A DNA stretch of 64,000 bases from Bacillota bacterium. GTDB taxonomy: Bacteria > Bacillota > Bacilli > Paenibacillales > JBEGSW01. Positions within the stretch are counted from its first letter, which is position 1. Every line of letters starts with the position of its first letter. The position numbers and the translations under genes were made by a program. The stretch is from NCBI GenBank assembly GCA_041179705.1, contig JBEGSW010000032.1, positions 70,446 to 134,445 on the forward strand, written 5' to 3'. Of the stretch, positions 50,239 through 61,974 are shown one piece after another. The notes below the pieces were generated by a model. It was given only the letters and a program-made list of their open reading frames with translations. It made no database searches and was not told where the DNA came from.

Positions 50239-50796
50239 TTACGCACGAGATACGTATTTACCCTCAGACGTGTTAATGATTAGGACATCGCCTTCATTGA
50301 TAAATAAAGGAACTTGAACAGTATGACCTGTCTCAAGTGTTGCGCTCTTCGTTGCACCTTGTGCAGTGTTGCCTTTAATACCTGGCTCTGTCTCAGTTAC
50401 TTTAAGCTCAACGCTGTTCGGTAAAGTGATCCCAATGATTTCGCCATTATAGTAAGCAATATTAACGTTCATGTTCTCAACGATGAACTTCAATTCCCAT
50501 TCTAATTGCTTGGCGTTCAATGTAACTTGATCGAACGTCTCAGTATCCATAAATGTATGCTCGTCATTACTCGCATACAAATATTGCATTTGCTTGTTCT
50601 CAATCAGCGCTTTACCAACGTTCTCGCCTGCACGGAAAGTACGCTCTACCGTGTTACCATTTCGCAAGTTCTTCAACTTACAACGTACAAACGCTGCACC
50701 TTTACCTGGTTTCACGTGTTGGAATTCAATAACAGTAAAAATGTCGCCATCTACTTCAATTGTTAAACCCGTCTTAAAATCGTTAACTGATACCAC
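50239..50796 (-). CDS. efp: Translation elongation factor P
   Basis: [20 protein letters not shown].. closely resembles Bacillus EF-P. Confidence 0.97.
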   Translation of the reverse strand: MVSVNDFKTGLTIEVDGDIFTVIEFQHVKPGKGAAFVRCKLKNLRNGNTVERTFRAGENVGKALIENKQMQYLYASNDEHTFMDTETFDQVTLNAKQLEWELKFIVENMNVNIAYYNGEIIGITLPNSVELKVTETEPGIKGNTAQGATKSATLETGHTVQVPLFINEGDVLIINTSEGKYVSRA

Positions 50797-50825
50797 TAAA
50801 ATTCCCTCCTGAAATCATACATACA

Positions 50826-51905
50826 TTATGAATTAATCACGATCAACTGTTTAGTTGATTGTGTCAAACGAACAGCCCCATTATTAGTTAATACGACATC
50901 ATCTTCGATTCGCACACCACCAAAACCGGGTAAATAAATACCTGGTTCTACAGTAACGGTCATGCCTGCCTCTAAGATGGTTTCGCCAGACTGTGATAAC
51001 CGCGGTGCCTCATGGATTTCCATCCCTAGCCCGTGGCCTGTCCCATGTCCAAAATAACCATTATAACCATACCTTTTTATGACATCTCTCGTCAAGGCAT
51101 CGACCTCATTTCCACGCATACCAGGTCGAATCCCGTCAAGTCCTGCTAACTGTGCCTCTAGAACGATGTTGTAAATTTCAAGATGCTTCTCAGTTGGTTT
51201 TCCAACAAAAATAGTGCGTGTAATATCTGAACAATAATCTTTGTAATAAGCACCGAAATCAAGCTTAACAAATTCGTTATTTTGAATGATTCGGTCACTA
51301 GCTACTCCATGTGGAAGAGCGGAACGTTCTCCTGATGCTACGATCGTATCGAACGAACTAGAAGTTGCTCCTTGACTCCTCATGAAGAATTCAATATCGA
51401 GCGCGACTTGGCGCTCGGAAATACCTGGTTTAATTCGCTGAACAATATATTCAAAAGTGCGATCGGCGAGCAGTGCTGCTTCAGTCATAATGGAAATTTC
51501 CACATCATCTTTCACCATGCGCAACTTCTCTATCCAACTACTTGTCGGCTTCAATGATATGCCCGACAATGTATGTTGAATAGAAGTAAATTGACCGTAT
51601 ACGACGGTATCTTCCTCGAACCCTAAGCGGGTAATTCGTTGTTCTCTGAGCCAATTATGTATCGTATCGATTGGTGTCAGTCCATGTTCAATCACATCGA
51701 AACCAACCACTTGCTCTGGCGCTTGCGAACGATATCGAAAATCAGTAAACAATACAGCAGCGTCCATTGTTATCACTAAGTAACCGGCTGATCCAGTAAA
51801 ACCGCTCATGTATTGTCGATTAATTGGGTTTGTAACAAGTAATGCATCGATCTCTGAATCACGCAACATTTGCCTTAATCGCAGAAGTCTTCCCTGGTAG
51901 TCCAT
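50826..51905 (-). CDS. pepP: Xaa-Pro aminopeptidase (M24B)
   Basis: It has a creatinase-like N-terminal domain and M24 metal ligands (HGTGHGLG). The start was set at ATG 51905 after GGGAGAG. Confidence 0.9.
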   Translation of the reverse strand: MDYQGRLLRLRQMLRDSEIDALLVTNPINRQYMSGFTGSAGYLVITMDAAVLFTDFRYRSQAPEQVVGFDVIEHGLTPIDTIHNWLREQRITRLGFEEDTVVYGQFTSIQHTLSGISLKPTSSWIEKLRMVKDDVEISIMTEAALLADRTFEYIVQRIKPGISERQVALDIEFFMRSQGATSSSFDTIVASGERSALPHGVASDRIIQNNEFVKLDFGAYYKDYCSDITRTIFVGKPTEKHLEIYNIVLEAQLAGLDGIRPGMRGNEVDALTRDVIKRYGYNGYFGHGTGHGLGMEIHEAPRLSQSGETILEAGMTVTVEPGIYLPGFGGVRIEDDVVLTNNGAVRLTQSTKQLIVINS

Positions 51906-51915
51906 CTGTCTCTCC

Positions 51916-52356
51916 CTAGTTGTTCGAAATGTGAGACACAAGTGCTCGTAATCCAAGTTCATAACTAAAAGCTCCGAACCCTGATATTTGACCAATTACA
52001 ACCGGTGCCGTGACGGAAATATGTCTGAATTCCTCGCGTTTGTGAATATTTGAAAGATGTACTTCAACAGTTGGAAGTTGCACAGCGCTAATCGCGTCTC
52101 GAACAGCAATGCTATAATGTGTCAAAGCAGCTGGGTTGATTACAATTCCATCAAATTGACCGAGTGCACCTTGAATCTGATCAACTAAAATACCTTCATG
52201 ATTACTTTGTTGAAAAGAAATCGTGACGCCAAGTTCTTTCGCCAACTCATGCAAGCGTGCTTCAATACTTGCCAAATCGACTTTGCCATAAACAGCTGGC
52301 TCTCGAATCCCTAGCATATTCAAATTCGGACCATTCAACACCAAAATGCGACTCAT
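51916..52356 (-). CDS. aroQ: Type II 3-dehydroquinate dehydratase
   Basis: [20 protein letters not shown].. is the AroQ signature. The start was set at ATG 52356 after GGGGGA. Confidence 0.95.
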   Translation of the reverse strand: MSRILVLNGPNLNMLGIREPAVYGKVDLASIEARLHELAKELGVTISFQQSNHEGILVDQIQGALGQFDGIVINPAALTHYSIAVRDAISAVQLPTVEVHLSNIHKREEFRHISVTAPVVIGQISGFGAFSYELGLRALVSHISNN

Positions 52357-52433
52357 CTGTAATCCCCCACTTTTCGTTTGCATTGCGCTTAATCTTCCTG
52401 CCATTTTATCATATCCGCGTATGTTTGATAAGA

Positions 52434-52907
52434 CTAGGGCTGACGGTCCCGTTCATCTGTGAATTCAAATGAAATCGAATACCCAATGAATAATCCCCAG
52501 ACCAGAAACAAACAGGCCTCTGCTATCATCGTATTCGCATCCCATCTAAAAATTGGACGTATCCATCCAAGAAATGGACCAACGATTACAAAAATTAACA
52601 TCCACCACACAGCGCCATACAGGAGTCCAAACCAAGGACCCTTTCTAGTCCGCAGGAACCATGCGTAAATCATCGCTGTAAAGATTGAGAAGAGCACAAA
52701 ACATCCTAAGCCAACGAGCCAGCCGAGATTCGATTTCAAAAATTGGTTTAAGAAAAAGGGTTCTGCCATAAAAACCGAATCTAGTTTAGAAAAGTTGAAA
52801 TAGCCATAAACCATCCGCATCGTCCCCCAAATCAACCCTGCAAAAAAACCAATCATAATTGAATAAGGTAGCACGGCCGTCTTGGATGTTTGTCGAACGA
52901 CTTGCAT
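52434..52907 (-). CDS. YqhR-family membrane protein
   Basis: A four-TM protein divergent from the yqhQ homolog, as in B. subtilis. The start was set at ATG 52907 after GGGGGGA. Confidence 0.6.
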   Translation of the reverse strand: MQVVRQTSKTAVLPYSIMIGFFAGLIWGTMRMVYGYFNFSKLDSVFMAEPFFLNQFLKSNLGWLVGLGCFVLFSIFTAMIYAWFLRTRKGPWFGLLYGAVWWMLIFVIVGPFLGWIRPIFRWDANTMIAEACLFLVWGLFIGYSISFEFTDERDRQP

Positions 52908-53045
52908 ATATAATCCCCCCACTCTGTCAAAGTCGAACAGGTAGTATATGCAAAGTTGAAATCAAGTAAACAAGTGGCGCTATTTGCAGGTTTTCGATAC
53001 AATATAGAAAGTCTGTAAATCTATATGAGCAGGAAGGTGTCCGCC

Positions 53046-54011
53046 TTGTCAGAAAAGAAAGCAAGTCAGCCCGTTTATGGCGGTCAAGCCGTAATGGAAG
53101 GTGTTATGTTTGCAGGTCGGTATGTGAATGTAACCGCTGTTCGTCGCAGAAGTACGAATGAAATTGTTTTCTTTGAAGTTCCAAAGAAACCAGATACATG
53201 GACGAAGCCATTAAAGCGAATCCCCCTTGTTCGAGGGATTGTTGCTATCATTGAAGCAAGTGCGAAGGGTTCACAACATTTGAATTTTTCTGCGGAGATT
53301 TATGCGGAAGATGAAATCGGTGAGGACAAAGAAGCCAAGCAAGAGGAAAAATCATCTATCATGAATAGTATCACCATGGTATTAGGTGTTGCCGTCATTG
53401 GGGTATTGTCCTTCCTATTCGGCAAATTCGTATTTACACTTGTGCCAGCAGCGCTTGAATCTTTGCTATTCGGTGATAAATTCGAAAATCAATTCCTACA
53501 TAACTTAGTTGAAGGTATTATCAAGATTGTTTTACTAGTAGGTTATATTTTTGCGATTTCACTCACACCTTTGATTCGTCGATTGTTCCAATATCATGGT
53601 GCGGAACATAAAGTTATAACTGCCTACGAAGCAAACTTGGAACTAACCGTTAAGAATGTCCAACAATTTAACACCTTGCACTATCGTTGTGGAAGTAGTT
53701 TCATTGTTTTCACCGTTTTGATTGGTGTTGTTATTTATTCGTTCTTGCAATATGACACGATTTGGGAGCGACTGTTGCAGCGTTTACAGTTGTTGCCGCT
53801 TGTCATTGGCGTTTCGTTCGAATTTTTACGATTTACGAATGCACTGCGTACGATTCCAGTACTGAAATATGCTGGCTATCCAGGTCTTTGGTTGCAGAAA
53901 TTAACGACGAAGGAACCAACCGATGATCAGGTTGAAGTGTCGATTGCTTCCTTCCAAAGAATGTTGGAGTTGGATAAGAAATTCGAAGCAGAGCGCATGC
54001 AAGCAAATTAA
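53046..54011 (+). CDS. DUF1385 protein (YqhQ-like)
   Basis: ..PVYGGQAVMEGVMF.. and YHGAEHK motifs. The likely start is TTG at 53046, 6 nt after AGGAAGGTG; the ORF track starts at 53025. Confidence 0.8.
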   Translation: MSEKKASQPVYGGQAVMEGVMFAGRYVNVTAVRRRSTNEIVFFEVPKKPDTWTKPLKRIPLVRGIVAIIEASAKGSQHLNFSAEIYAEDEIGEDKEAKQEEKSSIMNSITMVLGVAVIGVLSFLFGKFVFTLVPAALESLLFGDKFENQFLHNLVEGIIKIVLLVGYIFAISLTPLIRRLFQYHGAEHKVITAYEANLELTVKNVQQFNTLHYRCGSSFIVFTVLIGVVIYSFLQYDTIWERLLQRLQLLPLVIGVSFEFLRFTNALRTIPVLKYAGYPGLWLQKLTTKEPTDDQVEVSIASFQRMLELDKKFEAERMQAN

Positions 54012-54925
54012 TGATGCCTCATATTTATATAGTATTGATCACGACTAAAGGATTTGAAAAATAATTGACCTGCCTGAAAGCCAGATGCGAATAGCATTTG
54101 GCTTTTTTTATCGTCGAGCTGAAAATCAGTAGCGGAAACATTTAATGTTGGTACTTTAATTGTGCGAAATATATTTTGTGTGTTTATATAACGCTCATCA
54201 TGTGCATCTACCATCGTTGCCACAATCGCTTTTATGAAACTGAATAATCCATCCACAGGATGACCGAGTCGGTAGCGCCCGACAAATTGAAACCCGATTG
54301 TTGGCGTACGCTGATAAGCCTCTTGCCCCTCTTCATCAAACAACCAAAGCGGGAAATTACTTAATAATGCCCCATCCACGATGTAATCTGATTTCTTACG
54401 CGTACGACGTAACTTGGTTGGTTGGAAAAAAAGCGGAATGCTACAACTCATGCGAACGGCTGTGGCTACTTTCATCGTGTCTTGAGACATCCCATATTCG
54501 GTTAAGTCTTCTGGAATAACCATCATTTTTCCACTTGAAATATTGGAAGTAATAATACGCAGCTTATTTTCCGGTAAATCTTTGAACGTATGAATCCCTT
54601 TTGCAGCAAGTAACTGTGATACCCAATTTTCTAAGGCAAAGCCTGAATGTAAACCAAATTTGAAGATCAACCGCAGTGAATAATCAATAAAGGGAATGAA
54701 TGTTATTTTTTTTTGACGAAGAAATTCTTTATAAGGCGCAGCTCGGATAAGTTGCTCCAGTTCAGTTGCTGTATACCCCGCAGCAAGCAAAGCAGCAATT
54801 AATGCGCCGGAAGATGTCCCCGCAACTTTAGCAAAGGTGATGCCTGCTTCTTCAGCTGCTTTTATGGCTCCGACAAGTCCTATCCCTTTGACACCGCCGC
54901 CTTCAAAGACTGCATTAATGCGCAT
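54008..54925 (-). CDS. Patatin-like phospholipase (YqhO-like)
   Basis: It has the glycine-rich motif GGGVKG, the nucleophile elbow GTSSG and the DGA dyad motif (VDGALLSNFP). The start was set at ATG 54925, 8 nt after GGAGGAGG. Confidence 0.85.
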   Translation of the reverse strand: MRINAVFEGGGVKGIGLVGAIKAAEEAGITFAKVAGTSSGALIAALLAAGYTATELEQLIRAAPYKEFLRQKKITFIPFIDYSLRLIFKFGLHSGFALENWVSQLLAAKGIHTFKDLPENKLRIITSNISSGKMMVIPEDLTEYGMSQDTMKVATAVRMSCSIPLFFQPTKLRRTRKKSDYIVDGALLSNFPLWLFDEEGQEAYQRTPTIGFQFVGRYRLGHPVDGLFSFIKAIVATMVDAHDERYINTQNIFRTIKVPTLNVSATDFQLDDKKSQMLFASGFQAGQLFFKSFSRDQYYINMRHH

Positions 54926-54983
54926 CTGGACCGCCTCCTCCGTTTTGTATGAAACGTATTCACGCAGAGGTTGGGCTATGAAC

Positions 54984-55019
54984 ATAAAAAAACATTGCCG
55001 GCTTTCGCCAACAATGTTT
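54984..55019 (-). terminator. Terminator after ccdA
   Basis: The stem AAACATTG / CAATGTTT with inner GGC/GCC is followed by a T7 run on the minus strand. Confidence 0.7.
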
Positions 55020-55022
55020 ACG

Positions 55023-55730
55023 TTATACTTTCATCCAATCCGGCGTTATGAGATTGAGCCAAGCTGTCATTTTTGTGAGATAACCCGTAAAGAGGAGAAG
55101 TCCAATTATTATCATGATGACACCACCTACTTTGGCAATGATACCAGAATAGCGTGTCAACCAACGTGTGGTTCCAATGAAAAATGCAAGAACAATGAAC
55201 GGCAATCCAAATCCGATGGAATACGCTGTGATTAACGATAGCCATGCACCAGGTTCGCTTGCAGCCAATGCACCAATTGCAGCTAGGATCGGACCAATGC
55301 ATGGGGACCACCCTGCAGCAAATCCGATGCCAATGAGAAAGGAACCTAAGTACCCTGCACGTTTGGTTGCACGTGTTACTTTCCATTCACGCATAAGTAA
55401 TTTCGGTTGAAACACACCTAACATGAATAAGCCCATGAGTACGATGAATATCGCTGCTAAGCGACGAATCAGTTCTCTATTGTCATTAAATACACTTCCT
55501 AAAAACCCCGCAGAGTAGGCAAACGTGAAGAAAATAACGGAAATCCCTAATACAAAAAAGATTGCATGTAGGACGATGCGCTTTCTTACTTTAAACGATG
55601 TACCTTCCTTTAGTTGTTGCAGCGAGATACCTGATATGTAAGAGAGATAAGACGGATATAACGGGAAACAGCACGGTGACAAGAACGAAACAATGCCCGC
55701 CCAAAACGCAATCCCTACATTTAAATCCAT
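55023..55730 (-). CDS. ccdA: Cytochrome c biogenesis thiol-disulfide transporter CcdA
   Basis: A DsbD-family six-TM protein with the two conserved Cys motifs (FLSPCCFPLYP and GWSPCIGP). Confidence 0.85.
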   Translation of the reverse strand: MDLNVGIAFWAGIVSFLSPCCFPLYPSYLSYISGISLQQLKEGTSFKVRKRIVLHAIFFVLGISVIFFTFAYSAGFLGSVFNDNRELIRRLAAIFIVLMGLFMLGVFQPKLLMREWKVTRATKRAGYLGSFLIGIGFAAGWSPCIGPILAAIGALAASEPGAWLSLITAYSIGFGLPFIVLAFFIGTTRWLTRYSGIIAKVGGVIMIIIGLLLFTGYLTKMTAWLNLITPDWMKV

Positions 55731-55753
55731 TCTACCTTCCCCCTCCTATTTAT

Positions 55754-56557
55754 TTAATAACGTAGAATTTTCCGGCCAATTAAAATCAGAATTAGACAAG
55801 CAATTAAGGTTAAGACAACCATCCCGCCAGGCGCTAAATTATAGATCCCTGCAAGACTTAAGCCTACCACAACACCAATTTCAGAAAACAACACGGACAG
55901 TGCGATTGTTTGCTTGTATGAACGACCCAGTACCATACTGCATGCGATTGGAATTGTAAGTAATGCAGAAATTAACAATGCACCGACAATTTTAATCGCA
56001 ACGCTAACGACAAGTGCTGTCAGAATCGTAATCGCAACATTGAGCCACTTGGTCGGCAAACCACTTACACCTGCTGCATCCTCATCAAAAGTAAGGAGAA
56101 ATAATTCTCGTTTAAAGATGCGAACAAAAATATAGACAACAATTGTTACACTAAGCACCATCCATAAATCAATTGCATTTAAAGACAAAATGCTGCCAAA
56201 TAAGTAACTACTAACATTCATGTTAAATCCTTTACCCAGCGTAAACAAAATCGAAGCGAAGGCCACTCCACCTGACATCAAGATCGCAATGGATAGTTCT
56301 GCATAACCTTTGTATGTCTTTCGCAAGTATTCAATGGCTAATGCCCCAAGCACGGCCATTACGATCCCAACAGCAAGCGGATAAACTTGAATGAGAAAAC
56401 CTAGTGCAACACCAGCAATTGAAATATGCGCGAGTGTATCACCAATCGGAGACAATCGACGCAAAACGACGAAAATACCAATCAATGGTGCCATAAAGCC
56501 AATTAATACGCCACCGATCATCGCACGGATGAAGAAATCATATGTAAAAATTTCCAT
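55754..56557 (-). CDS. znuB: Zinc/metal ABC transporter permease
   Basis: An ABC-3 family polytopic permease. The start was set at ATG 56557, 2 nt after the znuC stop. Confidence 0.85.
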   Translation of the reverse strand: MEIFTYDFFIRAMIGGVLIGFMAPLIGIFVVLRRLSPIGDTLAHISIAGVALGFLIQVYPLAVGIVMAVLGALAIEYLRKTYKGYAELSIAILMSGGVAFASILFTLGKGFNMNVSSYLFGSILSLNAIDLWMVLSVTIVVYIFVRIFKRELFLLTFDEDAAGVSGLPTKWLNVAITILTALVVSVAIKIVGALLISALLTIPIACSMVLGRSYKQTIALSVLFSEIGVVVGLSLAGIYNLAPGGMVVLTLIACLILILIGRKILRY

Positions 56558-56559
56558 CT

Positions 56560-57327
56560 TTACAGACCTCCATTCGTGAAATGGCGCAATGTATGCGTCA
56601 AATCCGTCTCGCGACAATCTTGTAAATCATGAGAATGTCGCACATAGAGTTGTAAGCGATCGGTTTGTTTCTTCGGTTCTTGCCCCATATAATTGTGTAC
56701 CATTTGTAAGTCATGGGACACCAATAAAAACGTGATATTGTGATGCTGATGCATATGGAAGATGAGCTGAAAGAAACTTTCCTGTGTCTTCTGGTCAATT
56801 CCAATTGTCGGTTCGTCCAGAATCAACAAATCCGGATTATTCACAAGGGCGCGCGCCAAAAATACACGTTGTTGCTGGCCACCTGATAGTCGACCGATAA
56901 GCGAATCACGCAGATTTTCTATCCCAAGCGCTTGCATCGCATCTTCCACTTTTTGTAGCATTTCTTTCGTCATTCGGGTAAACATCGTCTTGCGAACATA
57001 GAGACCTGATTTCACAACCTCATAAACCGTTGCTGGAAACAACGGATTTAACGAGGACTTTTGTGGAACATACCCAATCCGATGCCAATCTTTAAATTGC
57101 TCCAGCGGTTGACCAAACAAGCGAATTTGACCTTGCGTTGGCTTGTGCAAACCAACAATCATCTTCAGCAATGTGGTCTTCCCAGCACCATTCGAGCCAA
57201 CTAGACCAACAAAATCGCGTTGTTGTACACAAAAGTTAAAATCAGTTAACACTTGCTTATTCTGATACGCAAATGACACGTGATCGATATTAATTATGGG
57301 ATCATGACAAGTTTGGATGACTTCCAT
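56560..57327 (-). CDS. znuC: Zinc/metal ABC transporter ATP-binding protein
   Basis: It has Walker A (GSNGAGKTT), the signature LSGGQQQR and Walker B (LLILDEP) motifs. Confidence 0.9.
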   Translation of the reverse strand: MEVIQTCHDPIINIDHVSFAYQNKQVLTDFNFCVQQRDFVGLVGSNGAGKTTLLKMIVGLHKPTQGQIRLFGQPLEQFKDWHRIGYVPQKSSLNPLFPATVYEVVKSGLYVRKTMFTRMTKEMLQKVEDAMQALGIENLRDSLIGRLSGGQQQRVFLARALVNNPDLLILDEPTIGIDQKTQESFFQLIFHMHQHHNITFLLVSHDLQMVHNYMGQEPKKQTDRLQLYVRHSHDLQDCRETDLTHTLRHFTNGGL

Positions 57328-57348
57328 CGAAATCCCCCCTATTCCAAA

Positions 57349-59334
<1,986 letters not shown>

Positions 59335-59568
59335 TTATTTTTTGCGTGGTGGAACGGGATCGACTCCGCCAGGGTGAAAAGGGTGACATCTTGCAATTCG
59401 GTTCATCGCTAAATATGTCCCCTTTAATGGCCCATGTATCTCAATTGCTTCTAAGGCATATTCCGAACAAGTTGGATAAAACCGACAAGTCGGAGGCTTT
59501 AATGGCGAGATGAATTTTCTATAAAAATGAATGGGTCCTTTGACAATTGTCTTCACAATTGGCTTCAT
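59335..59568 (-). CDS. yidD: Membrane protein insertion efficiency factor YidD
   Basis: ..[31 protein letters not shown].. is the YidD signature. The start at 59568 overlaps the zur stop. Confidence 0.9.
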   Translation of the reverse strand: MKPIVKTIVKGPIHFYRKFISPLKPPTCRFYPTCSEYALEAIEIHGPLKGTYLAMNRIARCHPFHPGGVDPVPPRKK

Positions 59569-60002
59569 TTGACGTCGCCATCCTTCTGACAATTCTCACA
59601 AAGTCCATAAATTTCAAATTTATGCTTTATCACTTTAAATCCTGTAGGCGGTATAATTTCGGTTCCCATTGGACAAAAGTTATAGGGATAGGTCGATTCA
59701 CAACTGGTACAAATAAAATGGTGATGATGGCTATGTTCACTACAATGTAGTTTAAATTTCACCCCATCTTCAAGGATGAACTGTTCAAGAAGCTCCATTT
59801 CATTCATCAACCGCAAGTTGCGATAGATTGTATCAAAACTAACACCAGGGTACTGTCGCTCGAGATGATTATAAACGTCTTTCGCTGATAAGTAGCCTTT
59901 ATTTTCAATGAACAAAGCAACCAATGATTTTCTTTGCTCAGTAATACGCATTCCTTGTTCGGACATCGTACGCAATAAATCTTCAGCAACCGTCATCATC
60001 AT
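59565..60002 (-). CDS. zur: Zinc uptake regulator (Fur family)
   Basis: It has a Fur-family fold with [12 protein letters not shown] and CENC motifs and lies within a zinc transporter locus. The start is among three tandem ATGs after AAAGGAG. Confidence 0.8.
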   Translation of the reverse strand: MMMTVAEDLLRTMSEQGMRITEQRKSLVALFIENKGYLSAKDVYNHLERQYPGVSFDTIYRNLRLMNEMELLEQFILEDGVKFKLHCSEHSHHHHFICTSCESTYPYNFCPMGTEIIPPTGFKVIKHKFEIYGLCENCQKDGDVK

Positions 60003-60026
60003 CTCTCCTTTCAAAGCAATACCCTT

Positions 60027-60055
60027 ATGATAGCCGACAAAACTTAAAAAATCAA
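60027..60055 (-). promoter_or_regulatory. Candidate sigma-A promoter of the zur operon
   Basis: The minus strand reads TTGATT (60050..60055) - 17 nt - TATCAT (60027..60032). Confidence 0.4.
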
Positions 60056-60069
60056 AATGTTTACGAATA
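60049..60069 (-). promoter_or_regulatory. Degenerate Zur-like box overlapping the zur -35
   Basis: The minus strand reads TATTCGTAAA C ATTTTGATTT, against the B. subtilis Zur box AAATCGTAAT N ATTACGATTT. By my hand comparison 15 of 20 positions match. Confidence 0.35.
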
Positions 60070-60096
60070 AAAAAGCCTTGCTATTGCAAGGCTTTT
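60066..60096 (-). terminator. Terminator after znuA (stem includes the stop codon)
   Basis: The stem AAAAGCCTTGC / GCAAGGCTTTT with loop AATA is followed by TTTTATT on the minus strand. Confidence 0.8.
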
Positions 60097-61010
60097 TCCA
60101 AAACTCGGGCGTTTCCTCTCATTAAGGAAAGATACGTCTCACCGACTTTTTGTTGTTGTTCAGTTAATCCTTCAAGCGGATTGAAGGTAAGCGTCATTAC
60201 GCCTAAATCATTCGCTAACGTTTCCGCCAGTTTGGGAGAAGATAACTCCTCGACCAAAATATATCTCACATTATTTTGCTTTACAAAATCAGATATATGC
60301 TTCAAATCTTTAGCAGTCGGTTCTGCTTCTGGTGATAGCCCCATAATCGCTGTCTGTTTAATCGAAAAATCTCTAGCTAAGTAACCAAATGCCTCATGTG
60401 ATACAACAATTTCTTTTCTACTTGCTTGTGAGACAATCGTTGCATACTCTTCACGAATTTGATTAAGTTCATTAATTACGTCATTTAAGTTCGATTTGTA
60501 TGTTGATTGATTGGCTGAATCCTTCTTTACAAATGCTCTATAAATATTATTCGCCATTTCAATTGCTTGAATTGGACTCGTCCAAACATGTGGATCAAAT
60601 GCTTCTTGTGCATGATCATGTTCATCATCACCATGGGCAGCTTCAATTAAATTAATCCCTTTGGAAGCTTCAACTACGAGTAATTCACGATTGGATTGGT
60701 CATTAAGAAAATCATCCGCCCAACTTTCAAATCCGAGACCATTCATAACGAATATATCCGCATTTGTAATTGCCATCATGTCTTTCGACTTCGGCGTCCA
60801 ATCATGTGGCTCAACACCAGTTGGTATTAGACTTGTCACATCGACGTATTCTCCGCCAATTCGAGCACTCAACTCATATAACGGATAAAATGAAGTAACC
60901 ACCTGTAATTTATTTGTTGTAACTTTTCCGTCTTTACTTGAACAACCAACTAGTAGGCTAATGCCTAAAGTAAATACCAAAAACCATTTAAAAAACTTAA
61001 ACAATTGCAA
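60081..61010 (-). CDS. znuA: Zinc ABC transporter substrate-binding lipoprotein
   Basis: It has a lipobox (LLVGCSS), a ZnuA/TroA cluster-9 fold and a His/Asp-rich loop (HGDDEHDHAQEAFDPH). Confidence 0.85.
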   Translation of the reverse strand: MQLFKFFKWFLVFTLGISLLVGCSSKDGKVTTNKLQVVTSFYPLYELSARIGGEYVDVTSLIPTGVEPHDWTPKSKDMMAITNADIFVMNGLGFESWADDFLNDQSNRELLVVEASKGINLIEAAHGDDEHDHAQEAFDPHVWTSPIQAIEMANNIYRAFVKKDSANQSTYKSNLNDVINELNQIREEYATIVSQASRKEIVVSHEAFGYLARDFSIKQTAIMGLSPEAEPTAKDLKHISDFVKQNNVRYILVEELSSPKLAETLANDLGVMTLTFNPLEGLTEQQQKVGETYLSLMRGNARVLEKALQ

Positions 61011-61026
61011 ACACTCCCTACTTATT

Positions 61027-61047
61027 AAATCGAAATTATTACGATTT
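61027..61047 (-). promoter_or_regulatory. Zur box upstream of znuA
   Basis: The minus strand reads AAATCGTAATAATTTCGATTT (plus strand AAATCGAAATTATTACGATTT). It has one mismatch to the palindromic B. subtilis Zur consensus AAATCGTAATNATTACGATTT and lies 5 nt downstream of the -10. Confidence 0.75.
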
Positions 61048-61051
61048 AATA

Positions 61052-61080
61052 AGTATATGAATTATTGAATGCAGTGTCAA
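61052..61080 (-). promoter_or_regulatory. Sigma-A promoter of znuA
   Basis: The minus strand reads TTGACA (61075..61080) - 17 nt - TATACT (61052..61057). Confidence 0.6.
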
Positions 61081-61113
61081 ATAAAAAGAGATTCTTCATA
61101 AAGAAGAATCTCT
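61078..61113 (-). terminator. Terminator after the pirin gene
   Basis: An 11-bp stem (AGAGATTCTTC / GAAGAATCTCT) is followed by TTTTTATTT on the minus strand. Confidence 0.85.
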
Positions 61114-61119
61114 CGTGTA

Positions 61120-61827
61120 TTAAACTAAATCAATTAGCATAAAAAATACATCTTGATTGCTCGCTTCTAAAAATAACGATTCTTGTTCGGTGATTCTTGC
61201 TGCGTCTCGTTTGCCTAATTTCGTATCTTTGTTCACTGCGAGCAACCCTTCCAATACGAATAGGAATACTTTGCGACCAGCAGGTTGATTGAAGGAAATC
61301 GATTTCCCTGCTTCTACTTTAGCCAAATAGATCGTTAAATCTTGATTGATTGTTGCCACATTTTCGTTAGTTGCGTGTTTGCTTACAATTGGTAACAATG
61401 CGTTGTTTAGTGCATCCGTATCAAAGAATGTCTGTTCATAAGAAGGTTCTACACCCCTTATTTCTGGCATGAACCACAATTGAAGAAATTCAACCGGTTC
61501 GCTCTGAGATGGATTTAACTCAGCATGTACGATGCCCGTTCCAGCCGACATACGTTGAATCCCACCAAATGTAGTTGTCGCTTGATTACCCGCATTATCT
61601 TGATGCTGCAGTTGTCCACTTAATACGATTGAAACAATCTCCATCTCTTTATGTGGGTGCGCACCGAACCCTCTACCTGGGGCAACCCAATCATCATTAA
61701 GGACGCGCATGGAGCCAAACTGCAAATTGTTCGGGTCATAATATTCTGCAAAAGAAAAACTAAAGTTACTTTTCAGCCAGCCATGATCGGCTGTATATCT
61801 AGAACTTGCTGGATAAACCTGTATCAT
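61120..61827 (-). CDS. Pirin-family cupin (quercetin 2,3-dioxygenase-like)
   Basis: It has a bicupin fold with the metal motif HPHKEMEIVS...H..E. The start was set at ATG 61827, 6 nt after AGGAGAG. Confidence 0.85.
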   Translation of the reverse strand: MIQVYPASSRYTADHGWLKSNFSFSFAEYYDPNNLQFGSMRVLNDDWVAPGRGFGAHPHKEMEIVSIVLSGQLQHQDNAGNQATTTFGGIQRMSAGTGIVHAELNPSQSEPVEFLQLWFMPEIRGVEPSYEQTFFDTDALNNALLPIVSKHATNENVATINQDLTIYLAKVEAGKSISFNQPAGRKVFLFVLEGLLAVNKDTKLGKRDAARITEQESLFLEASNQDVFFMLIDLV

Positions 61828-61974
61828 TCCGCTCTCTCCTAACGTGTTCAAGATTAGATAGTCTTAACCGTATAAGTATTCTATACGATATCAATATCTT
61901 GCCGCAAATATGTTGCATCAGAACTACGCTGGATTAAATCATTGCTTACTTTTATCTGCCCTGTCTTCTAGGAT

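Noticed and set aside
54008-54925. Patatin-like phospholipase as part of an anti-phage (CBASS-like) system
   Set aside because: It is a single gene with no cyclase, sensor or other defence partners. It sits in the conserved yqhO-yqhQ-yqhR-aroQ neighbourhood seen in B. subtilis, so it is most likely a housekeeping lipase.
55018-55410. 122-aa minus and 80-aa plus ORFs inside ccdA
   Set aside because: They are alternative frames of a gene with clear CcdA motifs, and their composition is implausible (rich in Trp, Cys and His).
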